Assembly: GCF_009914755.1 (NCBI RefSeq)
Contig: NC_060928.1
Source of the DNA: the human T2T-CHM13v2.0 reference genome, Homo sapiens
Strand: one strand, 5' to 3'
DNA: 64,000 nucleotides
Shown here: piece after piece, positions 62,290 to 64,000 of the stretch
How the letters are laid out: the number at the start of each line of letters is the position of its first letter
How positions within the stretch are numbered: the stretch's first letter is position 1
Made by a program: the position numbers and the translations under genes
Notes under the pieces: model-generated
Told to the model about the DNA's origin: nothing
The model's database searches: none
The model's input: the letters and a program-made list of their open reading frames with translations, nothing else

Positions 62290-63480
62290 TGAAAGAAGCG
62301 GAAGCACTAAGAGATATATACATACATAATAATTTTTAACAGATAGTTGACTTCTCAGAATTGTGAGGCGGGCTTAGTAGTGTCTGTAAACGGTCGCCTT
62401 TATGTCTTGTCAGAGATGTTGGAACCAGAGCAATTCCATCTTGAATAGATGCTAGGTAAAATAAGGCTGAGACCTACTGTGCTGCGTTCCCAGGAGGTTA
62501 GGTATTCTTAGTTACAGGATGAGATAGGAGGTTGGCACAAGATACAGGTCATAAAGACCTTGCTGATGAAACAGTTTGTAGTAAAGAAGCTGGCCGAAAC
62601 CCACCAAAACCAAGATGGTGATGAAAGTGACCTCTGGTCGTCCTCACTGCTCATTATACTCTAATTATAATTCATTTGCTTACCAAAAGGCACTCCCACC
62701 AGTGCCATGACAGTTTACAAATGCCATGGCAATATCAGGAAGTTATCCTATATAGTCTAAAAACTGGAGAGACCCTCAATTCCGGGGTAAAAGGGTAAAG
62801 ATTTTACCCCTTTCCTGGGAAAGCTCATCAATAATTCATCCCTCGTCTAGCATATAATCAATAAATAACTACAATTATACCAATCCAGCAGCCCATACCA
62901 CTGCTCTGACTATGGAGTAGCCATTCTTTTATGCCTTTACTTTCTTAATAAACTTGCTTTCACTTTGCACTGTGAAATCGCCCTGAGTTCTTTCTTGCAC
63001 GAGATCCGAGAACCTTCTCTGGGGGTCTGGATCAGGACCCCTTTCCTGTAAGAGTCTGATGCTGGAGCTCAAATTCTATAGGTCAGACAATCAGGATGGG
63101 AAAGTGGATGTGAAGTAAGACACAGAAAGAAAACACTGGAATCCACAAATACAAGCCTTTGAACCTGGTAGAATGGGTGTCTAAAAAAAGCTGGGACATT
63201 TATTCAACACACACACCTGCCTGGAAGTCAGAAAAACTAAATGCTTTCAAAGAAATGTGGAACAGTTGCAGGCCTGGCTGCTGCCTCACAACAATAAAGT
63301 GAACCAGCAAATAAGCAACAGTGTGTGAGAGTGAAAACGGCTGTTGCTGTACTTCTGCCCTCCAAATAATCCCAGAAGAATCTCTCATGTGGCCATCCTA
63401 ACCAGAAACATACCAGAATGAGAATTCTGGGAAATGTAGTTCAGTCGAGCCAAAGTGACACAAGGCAAAGTGACCACAAT
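62290..63480 (-). mobile_element. MLT2-like (ERVL) LTR split by MER41B
   Basis: 'ttgacttctcagaattgtgaggcgggcttag' upstream of MER41B and 'gaattctgggaaatgtagttcagtcgagccaaagtgacaca' at the far end. Confidence 0.55.
62408..63053 (+). mobile_element. MER41B-like solo LTR (ERV1)
   Basis: 'tgtcagagatgttggaaccagagcaattccatcttgaatag...ggctgagacctact...cttaataaacttgctttcacttt...ggatcaggacccctttcctgtaaga'. Perfect 4-bp TSD gtct at 62404-07 and 63054-57. Confidence 0.93.
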
Positions 63481-63629
63481 CAGCCTCTTTTCGATTTGGC
63501 ATACATCCACATTTCATTAAACCATACTTAACCTCCAAATAAAGGTAATAACAAAGTCAGGCCTCTGCCTACCAAACATACAATATCTTGAGGACAATCA
63601 AAAGGCAAGCTAACCTGGAAATACATGTC

Positions 63630-64000
63630 CAGAAAGGCAGTGTGAGGAGGTTTGTGGATCAGCTTCCCAGTCAAACAGCCATATTTGGTAAAAATTACTT
63701 TTTAAAAAATTAAGTCTTGAGACATTGTCCAAAGTACATACATTAAACATGAAGAAACATTTATTCAAGAAAATCTATTAAACTGTGGCAAGAACAGCAA
63801 TAGTCTCTGGCATTTGAGCCATGACCTGCCCATTCCTGTCCTCTCCATACTGGAGGTGATAAGAGAGCCACTTCAGGTGAGTGTGGCCAAAAACACAGAG
63901 ATCCCCCACACCTCAGCTCAAGGGTTGTGCTATCTCTCCCCAGGACGAAAAGCCAGCAGCATTTATCATCTCCCATAGCTCTGCATTGGCCAAGGTAAAT
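63630..64000 (+). mobile_element. Old L1M 5'-region fragment, runs off the window
   Basis: 'atgaagaaacatttattcaagaaaatcta..aaa...ggcaagaacagc...ggcatttgagccatgacctgc' resembles an L1M4-type 5' end. Confidence 0.55.

Noticed and set aside
61939-62292. 117-aa ATG-initiated ORF in unique sequence
   Set aside because: No recognisable domain or supporting gene signals; the length is compatible with chance in 64 kb.

Overview
This is AT-rich, repeat-dense primate (very likely human or great-ape) nuclear DNA from an intergenic or deep intronic region. I found no supportable protein-coding gene, tRNA, rRNA or CRISPR array. The ORFs with recognisable content are translated Alu sequence or decayed L1 ORF2, mariner transposase or ERVL gag; the rest look like chance frames. 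The window holds about 17 Alu-family SINEs (J, S and Y, including an AluYe5-like copy and a trimeric AluY) and several old L1M fragments. It also holds solo LTRs (LTR8A-, LTR1- and MER41B-like, among others), a two-TIR HSMAR2 mariner split by an AluY, and MER53, MER94, MIR and L2 relics. I did not find a convincing new biological system. The best leads are modest: a MER41B LTR whose STAT1/GAS module has been remodelled by a small hairpin-forming insertion, a candidate exon between inverted Alus, an in-frame 111-nt candidate exon, two AluY copies sharing non-consensus bases, a trimeric Alu under one TSD, and deletion junctions in L1 patched with foreign sequence. All subfamily names come from recalled consensus sequences and need RepeatMasker/Dfam confirmation.
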